Below the pieces are notes generated by a model that had not been told where the DNA came from, did not search any database, and worked only from the letters and a program-made list of their open reading frames with translations. The position numbers and the translations under genes were made by a program. This document shows, piece after piece, positions 9,637 through 19,320 of a stretch of 64,000 bases of DNA (position 1 is the first letter of the stretch; every line of letters begins with the position of its first letter). The stretch lies in assembly GCA_036171175.1 (NCBI GenBank), contig JAVHQO010000213.1, positions 1,431 to 65,430 on the forward strand. The letters run 5' to 3'. The stretch is from Gallionella sp. Lineage in GTDB: Bacteria; Pseudomonadota; Gammaproteobacteria; Burkholderiales; Gallionellaceae.

Positions 9637-10239
9637 ATGAGAAAATTTATCACCTTTGAAGGCATGGACGGTGCGGGAAAGAGTACGCATTTGGCAAATT
9701 TTGCGGACGCGTTACGAGCGCGCGGGCATGAGGTCATCGTGACGCGTGAGCCGGGTGGCACGGTGTTGGGCGAGCAGTTGCGCGAGATTTTATTGCAGCA
9801 AAAGATGAGTAATGATGCCGAAGCCTTGCTGATGTTTGCAGCGCGTGCCGAGCATCTGGCGCAAGTAATTGAGCCTGCTTTAGCGGCAGGAAAAGTGGTG
9901 ATTTCGGATCGTTTTTCGGACGCGACTTTTGCTTATCAAGGCTCGGCGCGTGGCATGGATTGGGCTAAATTACAGGCCTTAGAAAGCTGGGTACAGCAAG
10001 GTTTGCAGCCTGATTTAACCTTGTTTTTTGATGTAACGGTCGCGGTGTCTAAACAGCGTTTAGCCAACAACGTCAGCTTGGATAAATTCGAGCAAGAGCA
10101 CGCCGATTTTTTTGAGCGCGTGCGTGCGGGCTATCACCGTCGCGTGGCGGAACATCCATCGCGTTATGTGGTGCTGGATGCAACCCAAACAATAGAAAAA
10201 GTTTCCTTACAACTGAGTAAAATTTTGGACACGCTATAA
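9637..10239 (+). CDS. tmk: Thymidylate kinase
   Basis: [29 protein letters not shown]. Confidence 0.97.
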   Translation: MRKFITFEGMDGAGKSTHLANFADALRARGHEVIVTREPGGTVLGEQLREILLQQKMSNDAEALLMFAARAEHLAQVIEPALAAGKVVISDRFSDATFAYQGSARGMDWAKLQALESWVQQGLQPDLTLFFDVTVAVSKQRLANNVSLDKFEQEHADFFERVRAGYHRRVAEHPSRYVVLDATQTIEKVSLQLSKILDTL

Positions 10240-10242
10240 CTT

Positions 10243-11313
10243 ATGAGTGCACTTTATCCTTGGCAAGAAAACGACTGGCAGCGGCTGCAAGCGTTGCGCG
10301 CGCGTCCGCCACAGGGCTTGTTGTTCAAGGGCAATAAAGGCTGTGGCGAGTTGGAGCTGGCGATTAACTTTGCGCACGCGCAGCTGTGCCAGCAGCCGCA
10401 AACTTCAGGCATGGCATGTGGCACATGTCCTGCGTGTCATTGGTTATCGCAAGGCGCGCATCCCGATTTTCGTTTGTTACTGCCTCCCGCACTTGCGGTT
10501 GAAATGTTGAAGCGTGATGAAAATAAAACATCTATCATAACTGCATGGATAACAAGAGTTGCAGAGGAGGCTCTGGACGAACAGTCTAGAAAAGAGAAGA
10601 AACCGAGCAAGGAAATTACAATTGAACAAATACGCGGGATGTCTGATTTTTTAGCGATGTCTGCGCATCAAGGCGGTCGTCGCGTGATTGTGATTTATCC
10701 CGCTGAGGCGATGAATCACAACGCGGCAAACGCTTTGTTAAAAAGCCTAGAAGAGCCGCCGCATGATATGTTATTTATTTTGGTCACGCATAAAGCGCAG
10801 CAGCTTTTACCGACTATTCTGAGCCGCTGTGTCGGGTTTAATTTAACTGCGCCCGATGTGTCCACGGCCGTCGCATGGTTGCACACACAAGGCATCAAGC
10901 AGCCCGAAGCTGCCTTAGCCAGCGCGGGGTTCGCGCCCTTGTTGGCATTACAAGGTGACGCGCAAACGGGCTTGGATGAACGTGAAAAATTACTCGCAGC
11001 GTTGCGCCAGCCTGCATCCTTAGATGTGTTTGCACTTGCCGAAATGCTGCAAAAAACTGAGCAAGTTTTGGTGGTGCAATGGCTGCAACAATGGAGCTTT
11101 GATTTGAGCGCGATGAAGCTGGCGGGCAGTGTGCGTTATCACATGCAGGATGCGGCGGCGATTAAGAAATTAGTCGCGCCTATCGAGCCTTTAGAGTTGG
11201 CGCGCTTGCAAAAATTGTTGCAAACCGCCAAACGCGAAGCGCAACACACGCTCAATCCAAAGTTATTTTTTGAATCGTTATTGCTGGCATATCGCCAATT
11301 ACTTACCGCTTAA
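10243..11313 (+). CDS. holB: DNA polymerase III delta-prime subunit
   Basis: YPWQ, CGTCPAC, HPDF, NALLKSLEEPP, TILSRC. Confidence 0.93.
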   Translation: MSALYPWQENDWQRLQALRARPPQGLLFKGNKGCGELELAINFAHAQLCQQPQTSGMACGTCPACHWLSQGAHPDFRLLLPPALAVEMLKRDENKTSIITAWITRVAEEALDEQSRKEKKPSKEITIEQIRGMSDFLAMSAHQGGRRVIVIYPAEAMNHNAANALLKSLEEPPHDMLFILVTHKAQQLLPTILSRCVGFNLTAPDVSTAVAWLHTQGIKQPEAALASAGFAPLLALQGDAQTGLDEREKLLAALRQPASLDVFALAEMLQKTEQVLVVQWLQQWSFDLSAMKLAGSVRYHMQDAAAIKKLVAPIEPLELARLQKLLQTAKREAQHTLNPKLFFESLLLAYRQLLTA

Positions 11314-11317
11314 AACC

Positions 11318-12085
11318 ATGTCTTTTATAGATTCGCACTGCCATATCAACTTTCCCGATTTGGTCAACAACATCGACGCTGTGTTGGCGCAAATGCACGC
11401 TAATCAGGTCACCAAAGCGTTGTGTGTGTCGGTGAATTTGCCTGATTTTCCGCAAGTGTTGGCACTCGCCGAACGCTTTGAAAATATTTATGCCTCGGTC
11501 GGCGTGCATCCAGATTATGAAAATGAAATCGAGCCTAGCGTCGCCGATTTAGTGGCACTCGCGCAGCATAAAAAAATTATTGCGATAGGCGAGACGGGCT
11601 TAGATTACTTTCGCTTGACGGGTGATTTAGAGTGGCAGCGTGAACGCTTTCGTACTCATATCCGTGCGGCGCGCGAATGTAAAAAACCACTCATCATCCA
11701 CACCCGCGCTTCGGCTGACGATACGGTGCGCATCATGGCGGAGGAGGGGGCGCAAGAAGTCGGTGGGGTGATGCACTGCTTCACTGAAAACTGGTCGGCT
11801 GCACAAGCCGCGCTGGATTTGAATTTCTATATTTCTTTTTCTGGCATCGTGACGTTTAAAAACGCCACGCAGATTAAAGACGTGGCACAACGTGTGCCAT
11901 TGAGTCGCATTTTGATTGAGACTGATTCTCCCTATCTTGCCCCCGTGCCATTTCGCGGCAAACTCAATCAACCTGCTTACGTTAAACACGTCGCTGAAGA
12001 AATCGCGCTATTGCGTGGCATTACGGTGGCGGAAGTGGGGCAAGCGACCAGTGAAAATTTTGCGCGTTTATTTGGTGTGCATTAG
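11318..12085 (+). CDS. tatD: TatD-family nuclease
   Basis: DSHCH, GETGLDY, HTR, HCF, ETDSPYLAP. Confidence 0.93.
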   Translation: MSFIDSHCHINFPDLVNNIDAVLAQMHANQVTKALCVSVNLPDFPQVLALAERFENIYASVGVHPDYENEIEPSVADLVALAQHKKIIAIGETGLDYFRLTGDLEWQRERFRTHIRAARECKKPLIIHTRASADDTVRIMAEEGAQEVGGVMHCFTENWSAAQAALDLNFYISFSGIVTFKNATQIKDVAQRVPLSRILIETDSPYLAPVPFRGKLNQPAYVKHVAEEIALLRGITVAEVGQATSENFARLFGVH

Positions 12086-12122
12086 TCTCATAAAAAATTA
12101 CACAATAAAGCACAGAATTTTA

Positions 12123-12150
12123 TTGACAGATTTTTCGCTATCCCTATAAT
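12123..12150 (+). promoter_or_regulatory. Consensus sigma70 promoter of tRNA operon
   Basis: TTGACA-16 nt-TATAAT followed by GC-rich discriminator GCGCGCC. Confidence 0.9.
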
Positions 12151-12163
12151 GCGCGCCTGTTTC

Positions 12164-12239
12164 GCGGGAATAGCTCAGTTGGTAGAGCGATACCTTGCCA
12201 AGGTATAGGTCGAGAGTTCGAACCTCTTTTCCCGCTCCA
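12164..12239 (+). tRNA. tRNA-Gly(GCC)
   Basis: GCGGGAA acceptor, anticodon loop TTGCCAA, GTTCGAA T-loop, CCA end. Confidence 0.97.
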
Positions 12240-12244
12240 AATTT

Positions 12245-12271
12245 GAGGGAAAGCATATTAAGCTTTCCCTC
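12245..12271 (+). other. Spacer hairpin between tRNA-Gly and tRNA-Cys
   Basis: GAGGGAAAGC-ATATTAA-GCTTTCCCTC. Confidence 0.5.
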
Positions 12272-12325
12272 TATTATTTGAAATGTTGCAGGTTTCAAAT
12301 AAATAAAGTTTCAAAGTAGTGCCGT

Positions 12326-12399
12326 GGTGCGTTAGCAAATCGGTTATGCCCCGGATTGCAAATCCGGTTAGCCCAGTTCGACTCTGGGACGCACCTCCA
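12326..12399 (+). tRNA. tRNA-Cys(GCA)
   Basis: GGTGCGT/ACGCACC acceptor, CCGGA-TTGCAAA-TCCGG anticodon arm, CCA end, 74 nt. Confidence 0.96.
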
Positions 12400-12445
12400 A
12401 ATGCAGTAAGTTTTTTCACCATTGAACAATGGTTTAATAAGTTTT

Positions 12446-12521
12446 GCGGGAATAGCTCAGTTGGTAGAGCGATACCTTGCCAAGGTATAGGTCGAGAGTT
12501 CGAACCTCTTTTCCCGCTCCA
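12446..12521 (+). tRNA. tRNA-Gly(GCC), second identical copy
   Basis: Identical to 12164-12239. Confidence 0.97.
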
Positions 12522-12525
12522 ATAC

Positions 12526-12560
12526 AAAAACGCGCTAGAGAAATCTAGCGCGTTTTTCTT
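12526..12560 (+). terminator. Terminator of tRNA operon
   Basis: AAAAACGCGCTAGA-GAAA-TCTAGCGCGTTTTTCTT. Confidence 0.9.
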
Positions 12561-12623
12561 GCGCGTATGGATGAGCTTAGCTATGTGTAGCAAACTGAGA
12601 ATTGCCATTACAATGCCCAACTT

Positions 12624-13601
12624 ATGCTCGCCTATTTAATCCGTCGTATTTTGTATGCCATCCCGATACTCATTGGGGTAAATCTGCTTACCTTCACTTT
12701 ATTTTTTGTGGTGAATACGCCCGATGATATGGCGCGTATGCAGTTAGGTGTGAAGCGTGTTACGCCTGATGCCATCGAGAAATGGAAGCAGCAGCGTGGT
12801 TATGATCTGCCGCTCATGTTTAATACCGCTGCCGCAGGTAGTCAAAAAATTACTCATACTATTTTTTGGCAAAAATCCGCCAGTATGTTTGTCATGGACT
12901 TTGGTTATTCGGATGACGGGCGTGGCATAGCTGGCGAGATTGTTCAGCGCATGATGCCGAGCTTAGCCATTGCTGTGCCGACCTTTGTGATTGGACTACT
13001 GGTCTATGTGAGCTTTGCCTTGCTGATGGCACTGTTTCGCGGCTCAGCATTGGACGTGGCGGGGTTGGTTTTATGCGTATTGTTGATGTCCGTGTCGGGA
13101 CTTTTTTACATTATTGGCGGACAATTTTTGGTCAGTAAAATTTGGCATTTAGTACCAATTTCTGGCTATGCAAACGGTGTAGAGAGTTTCAAATTTATTG
13201 TGTTACCCATTGTCATCGGCGTGGTCAGCGGCATCGGCTCAAGCAGTCGTTGGTATCGCACTATTTTTCTCGAAGAAATTAGTAAAGATTATGTACGCAC
13301 CGCGCGCGCCAAAGGTTTATCCGAACTGCGCGTGTTGTTCACACATGTGTTAAAAAACGCCATGATTCCCATTCTCACGGGCATCGTCGTGGTGATTCCT
13401 CTGTTGTTTCTGGGCGGCTTGTTGACCGAGTCATTTTTCGGTATTCCAGGCTTAGGCAGTTACACCATTGATGCCATCAACGCGCAGGACTTTTCGGTGG
13501 TACGCGCCATGGTGTTTTTAGGCTCGCTGTTGTACATCGTCGGACTGATTTTGACGGACCTTTCCTATACGCTAGTCGATCCACGGGTGAGGTTGCAATG
13601 A
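12624..13601 (+). CDS. Peptide/nickel ABC transporter permease (OppB/DppB-like)
   Basis: YLIRRIL, DYVRTARAKGL, FGIPGLG, YTLVDPRV. Confidence 0.9.
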   Translation: MLAYLIRRILYAIPILIGVNLLTFTLFFVVNTPDDMARMQLGVKRVTPDAIEKWKQQRGYDLPLMFNTAAAGSQKITHTIFWQKSASMFVMDFGYSDDGRGIAGEIVQRMMPSLAIAVPTFVIGLLVYVSFALLMALFRGSALDVAGLVLCVLLMSVSGLFYIIGGQFLVSKIWHLVPISGYANGVESFKFIVLPIVIGVVSGIGSSSRWYRTIFLEEISKDYVRTARAKGLSELRVLFTHVLKNAMIPILTGIVVVIPLLFLGGLLTESFFGIPGLGSYTIDAINAQDFSVVRAMVFLGSLLYIVGLILTDLSYTLVDPRVRLQ

Positions 13602-13750
13602 AGAACACCTTCCTCAATTTACTGCGCCGTTCAATTACGTTGTTGTGTGCTCGTTCGCGCCTCGCCTATCCGTATGGTCTGTCTCGTTGCGCACTGCGCG
13701 GCTTGTTGCGCTTGAGCTTGCTCGCTACGATAGACAAAGGCTTTTTATGA
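13598..13750 (+). repeat. ~150-bp MITE-like element fully open as a 50-aa ORF, bounded by ATGA at both ends
   Basis: ATGA at 13598 overlaps upstream stop and ATGA at 13747 overlaps downstream start; degenerate terminal IR CCTTCCTCAAT/ATAGACAAAGG. Confidence 0.55.
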
Positions 13751-15102
13751 GTGTTATGCCTGTGATTTTATGGAGCGATGCACTGGTTTTTTTAATCATT
13801 GCGGTGTTGCTCGTCAGTGCTTTAGTCATTCGTCGTCGTGCACATTTATTGCTACCTTGGCAGCGTCTGGCAAAAAATCGGCTTGCGATGCTGTCCTTGT
13901 TGGTGTTGAGTTTATTTGTGCTCGTTGGCGTGCTCGATAGCTTACATTTTCGTGCGCTGTTGCCCAACCAAAACGGGCAAGAAAAAACTTATTCGCCTGA
14001 AGTATTGAGCGTGTTCGATGTGTTGGTCACGCCGTTGCGCACGCATACCGAAAAAACCTATTCCGCGCCGTTTGCGCTGACTTTATTTGCCAAAGAAAGT
14101 TTTACCGATGCGCAAGGTCAAGTGCATCGCGACTATCCCCGTTTGCAGTTTGGCGGTGCGCATTTAAGTGACGCATCGCAACGCAGGGTGGATGTCTGGC
14201 AGCGTGCCAGTTGGGGCGGCTTGGTAGGGCTGCTATTGGGCACGGTGTTGCTGCTGGAATATATGCTTTTGCGCAGTGGGAAAAGTCTAGCGCAGCGTTG
14301 CTCGCGCTATGCACTGGTGAGCGTGGTGCTGACAACTACGCTAATTGGCGCGCTGGCAAATCTCTCAACCGTATATCACGTTTTAGGGACGGACAAAGTC
14401 GGCATCGACGTATTGTATTTATCACTTAAAAGTATCCGAACAGGGTTGATTATCGGCACGGTGACCACGCTGGTGACGTTGCCGCTGGCGTTATTTTTAG
14501 GCGTGGCGGCGGGATATTTTCGCGGCTGGGTGGATGACCTCATCCAATATATTTATACGGTATTGAGTTCGATTCCCAGTGTGCTGCTGATTGCGGCGGC
14601 GGTGCTGATGATGCAAGTGACGATAGATACCCATCCGCACTGGTTCGCCACGGCTGCCTCGCGCGCCGATTTGCGCTTGGTGTTTTTGTGTTTGATTTTG
14701 GGCATGACCAGTTGGACGGGCTTGTGCCGCTTACTGCGCGGCGAAACTTTGAAACTGCGCGAGATGGAATACATTCAGGCGGCACAATCGTTTGGCGTAT
14801 CGAATCTGCGTATTCTGTCGCGCCACATTATTCCCAATGTGATGCACATTATTTTGATTGCCTTGGTGATGGATTTTTCAGGCTTGGTGTTGGCGGAGGC
14901 GGTGTTGTCCTATGTTGGTGTCGGCGTGGATCCGTCCATGATTTCGTTTGGCACGATGATTAACGGCGCGCGTTTAGAAATGGGGCGCGAACCGATGGTG
15001 TGGTGGGCGTTGGCGGCGGCGTTCTGGTTTATGTTGCTGTTGGTGTTGGCGGCAAATTTGTTTGCGGATGCCGTACGCGACGCCTTTCTTGGTCGCGGTT
15101 AA
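13747..15102 (+). CDS. Peptide/nickel ABC transporter permease (OppC/DppC-like)
   Basis: HVLGTDKVG, EYIQAAQSFG, HIIPNV, NLFADAVRDA. Confidence 0.88.
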   Translation: MSVMPVILWSDALVFLIIAVLLVSALVIRRRAHLLLPWQRLAKNRLAMLSLLVLSLFVLVGVLDSLHFRALLPNQNGQEKTYSPEVLSVFDVLVTPLRTHTEKTYSAPFALTLFAKESFTDAQGQVHRDYPRLQFGGAHLSDASQRRVDVWQRASWGGLVGLLLGTVLLLEYMLLRSGKSLAQRCSRYALVSVVLTTTLIGALANLSTVYHVLGTDKVGIDVLYLSLKSIRTGLIIGTVTTLVTLPLALFLGVAAGYFRGWVDDLIQYIYTVLSSIPSVLLIAAAVLMMQVTIDTHPHWFATAASRADLRLVFLCLILGMTSWTGLCRLLRGETLKLREMEYIQAAQSFGVSNLRILSRHIIPNVMHIILIALVMDFSGLVLAEAVLSYVGVGVDPSMISFGTMINGARLEMGREPMVWWALAAAFWFMLLLVLAANLFADAVRDAFLGRG

Positions 15103-15140
15103 GTGTTGCTACAACAGTTGAAGCAAGCTGCTGATTGGTG

Positions 15141-15258
15141 ATAGAATACGCGCCGCTCGCGAATGGTCGCGGGCAAATATCCCCTCGCACCAGTTGGGGT
15201 GCTCTTCGGAGTCAAGCTAGCGAGTGGTAGTTCTAACCCTTAAACAATGGAGTAAGTT
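15141..15258 (+). promoter_or_regulatory. rpsB promoter (-10 TAGAAT) and structured S2 autoregulatory leader (t44-like)
   Basis: TGaTAGAAT, hairpin CTCGC...GCGAG enclosing GGGGTG, TAACCC before SD; position upstream of rpsB. Confidence 0.6.
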
Positions 15259-15984
15259 ATGGCTGTAACAATGCGTCAAATGTTGGAAGCTGGTGTGCAT
15301 TTTGGTCACCAAACACGTTTCTGGAATCCTAAGATGGCTCCGTTTATCTTCGGTCATCGCAACAAAATTCATATTATCAATCTGGAAAAAACTGTCGCAA
15401 TGTTCGCTGAAGCGGAAAACTTCGTGCGTAAATTGTCGGCTAAAAAAGGCACGGTGTTGTTCGTTGCGACTAAACGTCAAGCACGCGACATCTTGCAAGA
15501 AGAAGCAGTACGTGCGGATTCTCCTTTTGTTAATCACCGTTGGTTGGGCGGTATGTTGACCAACTACAAAACCGTGCAATTGTCGATTAAGCGTTTGCGC
15601 GATCTGGAACAAATGCAAGCCGATGGCGCATCAGAAAAAGTAACTAAAAAAGAAGCGTTGATGATGGCGCGCGAACTGGAAAAATTGGAACGCAGCTTGG
15701 GTGGTATCAAAGACATGAAGGGTTTGCCTTCAGCGATTTTTGTTATCGACGTAGGCTACCAAAAAGGCGCGATTGTTGAAGCGCAAAAATTAGGTATTCC
15801 TGTGATTGGTATTGTTGATACGAATAACTCACCTTTGGGTGTGGAATACGTTATTCCAGGTAACGATGACTCAACTCAAGCGATTCGTTTGTATGCTCGT
15901 GCGATTGCCGATGCAGTGTTGGAAGGTCGTGCGCAAGCCTTGAATGAATTAGTTCAAGAGGTTGCTGAACAAGCCGCTGCTTAA
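15259..15984 (+). CDS. rpsB: 30S ribosomal protein S2
   Basis: [27 protein letters not shown]. Confidence 0.99.
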   Translation: MAVTMRQMLEAGVHFGHQTRFWNPKMAPFIFGHRNKIHIINLEKTVAMFAEAENFVRKLSAKKGTVLFVATKRQARDILQEEAVRADSPFVNHRWLGGMLTNYKTVQLSIKRLRDLEQMQADGASEKVTKKEALMMARELEKLERSLGGIKDMKGLPSAIFVIDVGYQKGAIVEAQKLGIPVIGIVDTNNSPLGVEYVIPGNDDSTQAIRLYARAIADAVLEGRAQALNELVQEVAEQAAA

Positions 15985-16003
15985 ATTTTTTTAAGCACCG
16001 AAG

Positions 16004-16026
16004 AAGGGGCGAGAGCCCCTTTTTTT
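16004..16026 (+). terminator. Attenuator/terminator between rpsB and tsf
   Basis: AAGGGGC-GAGA-GCCCCTTTTTTT. Confidence 0.8.
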
Positions 16027-16058
16027 GTAAGTATTTATTGAGAATAACGGAGTTAAAA

Positions 16059-16958
16059 ATGGCAGAAATTACAGCAGCAATGGTTAAAGAATTACGCGAA
16101 TTAACAGGCTTGGGCATGATGGAATGCAAAAAAGCGTTGGTTGAAGCGGATGGTGATTTGAAGCTGGCGGAAGAGCAAATGCGTATCAAGAGTGGCGCAA
16201 AAGCAAGCAAGGCATCAAGCCGTGTGACCGCTGAAGGTGTGGTTGGCGCGTTTATCGCGATGGATGGCAAGAGCGGTGCATTAGCTGAAGTGAACTGCGA
16301 AACTGACTTCGTGGCTAAAAATGATGACTTTATGGCATTTGCTAAAAACGTTGCTGAAACCGTTGCGAAGCATAACCCTGCTGACTTGGCTGCATTGTCA
16401 GTATTGATTATTGCCAACGGCACTTTGAGTGTTGAAGAAGCGCGTAAAGCATTGTTGGTTAAGTTGGGTGAAAACCTGACAGTACGTCGTTTTGAGCGTT
16501 ATGCAACGGCTACGGGCAAATTGGCGAGCTATTTGCATGGCAGCAAAATCGGTGTGTTATTGAGCTTTACCGGTGGTGATGAAGCGATGGGTCGTGATTT
16601 AGCGATGCATATTGCGGCATCGAAACCAAAGTCTGTGGATGTCAGTGGCGTAAACCCAGAGGACATCGCTACAGAACGTCGTATCGCGATTGAAAAAGCT
16701 AAAGAAGCAGGCAAGCCAGAAGCAATGTTGGAAAAAATTGCCGAAGGTTCAGTGCAAAAATTCTTGAAAGATGTCACTTTGTTGGGTCAAGTTTTTGTTA
16801 AAGCCGCAGATGGCAAACAAACGGTTGAGCAGTTGTTAAAAGTGAAGGGTGCGACGGTTGCTGCCTTCCAAATGTTCACTGTGGGTGAAGGTATCGAGAA
16901 GAAAGTCGAAGATTACGCAGAAGAAGTGGCGAAGGCTGTTGCCGCGTTGCAGGCGTAA
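16059..16958 (+). CDS. tsf: Elongation factor Ts
   Basis: [25 protein letters not shown]. Confidence 0.98.
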   Translation: MAEITAAMVKELRELTGLGMMECKKALVEADGDLKLAEEQMRIKSGAKASKASSRVTAEGVVGAFIAMDGKSGALAEVNCETDFVAKNDDFMAFAKNVAETVAKHNPADLAALSVLIIANGTLSVEEARKALLVKLGENLTVRRFERYATATGKLASYLHGSKIGVLLSFTGGDEAMGRDLAMHIAASKPKSVDVSGVNPEDIATERRIAIEKAKEAGKPEAMLEKIAEGSVQKFLKDVTLLGQVFVKAADGKQTVEQLLKVKGATVAAFQMFTVGEGIEKKVEDYAEEVAKAVAALQA

Positions 16959-16963
16959 TTACC

Positions 16964-17683
16964 ATGAGCGCGCCAGTCTATAAACGTATTTTGCTCAAGC
17001 TGTCCGGCGAGGCATTGATGGGTGACGATAGTTACGGCATCAATCGCCAAGTGGTCGAGCGCATCGTTGCCGAAATCGCCGAAGTGGTGGCGATGGGCGT
17101 GCAAGTGGCGATGGTGATTGGCGGCGGCAATATTTTCCGTGGCGTCGCACCAGCGGCAGTAGGGATGGATAGAGCGACCGCCGATTACATGGGCATGTTG
17201 GCAACCGTGATGAATTCGATGGCGTTGCAAGATGCCATGACGCGCGGGGGCTTGGAGTGTCGCGTTCAATCCGCGCTGAACTTAGAGCAGGTTGCCGAGC
17301 CGTTTATTCGCGGCAAAGCGTTGCGCTATTTGGAAGACGGTAAAGTGGTGATTTTCGCAGCAGGTATCGGTAGTCCGTTTTTTACCACGGACACCGCCGC
17401 CGCATTGCGAGGTGTTGAGATGTGTGCCGAGGTGGTGATTAAAGCCACCAAGGTTGATGGAATTTATACCGCCGATCCGAAAAAAGATCAGCACGCGATT
17501 CGCTATCAAAGTTTGAGTTTTGATGAGGCGATTAGCAAGAATTTGCAAGTGATGGATGCCACAGCGTTGACGTTATGTCGCGACCAAAAGCTGCCCATCA
17601 TTGTGTTTAGTATTTTCAAAGCCGGTGCGTTAAAGCGCGTGGTGCTGGGCGAAAGCGAAGGTACGCTGGTTCGCTGTAACTAA
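16964..17683 (+). CDS. pyrH: UMP kinase
   Basis: [28 protein letters not shown]. Confidence 0.98.
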   Translation: MSAPVYKRILLKLSGEALMGDDSYGINRQVVERIVAEIAEVVAMGVQVAMVIGGGNIFRGVAPAAVGMDRATADYMGMLATVMNSMALQDAMTRGGLECRVQSALNLEQVAEPFIRGKALRYLEDGKVVIFAAGIGSPFFTTDTAAALRGVEMCAEVVIKATKVDGIYTADPKKDQHAIRYQSLSFDEAISKNLQVMDATALTLCRDQKLPIIVFSIFKAGALKRVVLGESEGTLVRCN

Positions 17684-17828
17684 AAAGCTATCTCGCAAAA
17701 CTCAAATCTCTTCGCGATGCTTTGTTGCTCACAAAAAATTACTCCTTACATAGCTTGCCTATGCTGCGTCATAATTTTTTGTTCGCGCCTAGTCTCTCTT
17801 CGATATTTGAATTTTTCGAGACACCTTT
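17684..17828 (+). mobile_element. MITE-like ~140-bp palindromic element, copy A
   Basis: Homologous to 25014, 27198 and 29301 copies; nested IRs CAAAAAATTA/TAATTTTTTG and CATAG/CTATG. Confidence 0.8.
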
Positions 17829-17875
17829 CTCAGTGAGATTCGATGCACCTTTTTGAGTGAAATTAGGAGAGTGTT

Positions 17876-18433
17876 GTGATTGCAGAAGTTAAAAAAAATA
17901 CTGAGCAAAAAATGCTCAAATCTTTAGATTCGTTAAAGACGGATTTGAGCAAAGTGCGTACTGGTCGTGCGCATACGGGAATTTTGGATCACGTCATGGT
18001 GGATTATTACGGCAATCCAACGCTGCTTACGCAAGTGGCGAACGTGACCTTGATTGACTCGCGCACTATCGGCGTACAACCCTGGGAAAAGCACATGATA
18101 GGGCCTGTTGAAAAAGCTATTCGTGATGCTGATTTAGGGCTGAATCCTTCTACTAATGGCGAAATTATTCGTGTGCCTACGCCTATGCTGACTGAAGAGC
18201 GTCGCCGCGATTTGATTAAAGTGGTGAAGACCGAAGGCGAAGATACCAAAGTGGCGATACGCAACATTCGCCGCGATGCCAACAACACTTTGAAAGAAGG
18301 GTTGAAGAAAAAAGAAATCGCCGAAGATGATGAGCGTCGTGCGCAAGACGATATTCAAAAACTTACCGACCGTTTTATTGTTGAAATTGACAAAGCATTG
18401 GCTGCCAAAGAAGTCGATTTGATGGCGGTCTAA
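17876..18433 (+). CDS. frr: Ribosome recycling factor
   Basis: [25 protein letters not shown]. Confidence 0.98.
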   Translation: MIAEVKKNTEQKMLKSLDSLKTDLSKVRTGRAHTGILDHVMVDYYGNPTLLTQVANVTLIDSRTIGVQPWEKHMIGPVEKAIRDADLGLNPSTNGEIIRVPTPMLTEERRRDLIKVVKTEGEDTKVAIRNIRRDANNTLKEGLKKKEIAEDDERRAQDDIQKLTDRFIVEIDKALAAKEVDLMAV

Positions 18434-18500
18434 TGTAGCAGGCCGATTTATCGGGCGATAGCGACACTCTAAATATCGTTCGATAAATTGATCTCCCACA
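18434..18500. repeat. Degenerate REP doublet (REPIN-like)
   Basis: TGTAGCAGGCCGATTTATCGGGCGAT ... ATCGTTCGATAAATTGATCTCCCACA; inverted arms with GTAG/GTGG feet. Confidence 0.6.
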
Positions 18501-18556
18501 ACATCAGTGATTAACAATGCACCGCTCAATCCATAATCCTGAATTTCAATCCTCAT

Positions 18557-19309
18557 ATGAGCCTACTGCCTAGTTCTACTCGTAGCATTCCCGATGTGGC
18601 CGCTGTGCCGCGTCATATTGCAGTGATTATGGATGGCAATGGACGCTGGGCGAAAAAGCGTTTTATGCCCCGCGTTATTGGTCATCAGCAAGGTGTGGAA
18701 GCGTTGCGCGCGACGGTTAAAGCCTGTCGCGATTTAGGCGTTGGCTATCTCACTGTGTTTGCTTTTAGTAGCGAAAATTGGCGCAGACCAGCTGATGAAG
18801 TGTCGTTTTTGATGGGACTTTTCATCAAAGTTTTGGCGCGTGAAGCCGTCAAAATGCACGAAAAAAATATCATCCTCAAAATCATCGGCGATCGTGCGCC
18901 GTTCGATGCGCCATTGGTTAAAGCGATGCAAGATGCCGAAACTTTGACGGCAAATAATACGGGTTTAACACTCACTATTGCAGCCAATTATGGCGGACGT
19001 TGGGATGTATTGAATGCCGTTAAAACCATGCTGCGCGAGCATCCTGAGCGTCGTGATAATTTCACTGAAGAAGATTTGCAGCCGTACTTTTCCATGAGTG
19101 ATGCGCCTGAGCCAGATTTGTTTATCCGCACTGGTGGCGAGCAGCGCATCAGCAACTTTATGTTGTGGCAATTGGCTTATACCGAGCTGTATTTCACCGA
19201 CGCGTTGTGGCCTGATTTTGACCGCGCCGAACTGGCACAAGCCATTGCCTCATATCAAGCCCGCGAGCGACGTTTTGGTCGTACTAGCGAACAACTCAAG
19301 TCTGCATAA
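18557..19309 (+). CDS. uppS: Undecaprenyl diphosphate synthase
   Basis: HIAVIMDGNGRWA, FSSENWRRP, RTGGEQRISNF. Confidence 0.97.
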   Translation: MSLLPSSTRSIPDVAAVPRHIAVIMDGNGRWAKKRFMPRVIGHQQGVEALRATVKACRDLGVGYLTVFAFSSENWRRPADEVSFLMGLFIKVLAREAVKMHEKNIILKIIGDRAPFDAPLVKAMQDAETLTANNTGLTLTIAANYGGRWDVLNAVKTMLREHPERRDNFTEEDLQPYFSMSDAPEPDLFIRTGGEQRISNFMLWQLAYTELYFTDALWPDFDRAELAQAIASYQARERRFGRTSEQLKSA

Positions 19310-19320
19310 AGGAGCTTGCC

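Noticed and set aside
12164-12521. Duplicated tRNA-Gly as attL/attR of an integrated element
   Set aside because: Both copies are full length in one promoter-terminator unit with only tRNA-Cys between them; no integrase
12098-12639. ORFs of 66-120 aa across the tRNA cluster
   Set aside because: Shadow frames over tRNA genes
17684-17836. Stop-codon readthrough extending PyrH through MITE copy A (frame is open)
   Set aside because: TAA-A is an efficient stop and frr has its own SD; noted only as the element having an open frame
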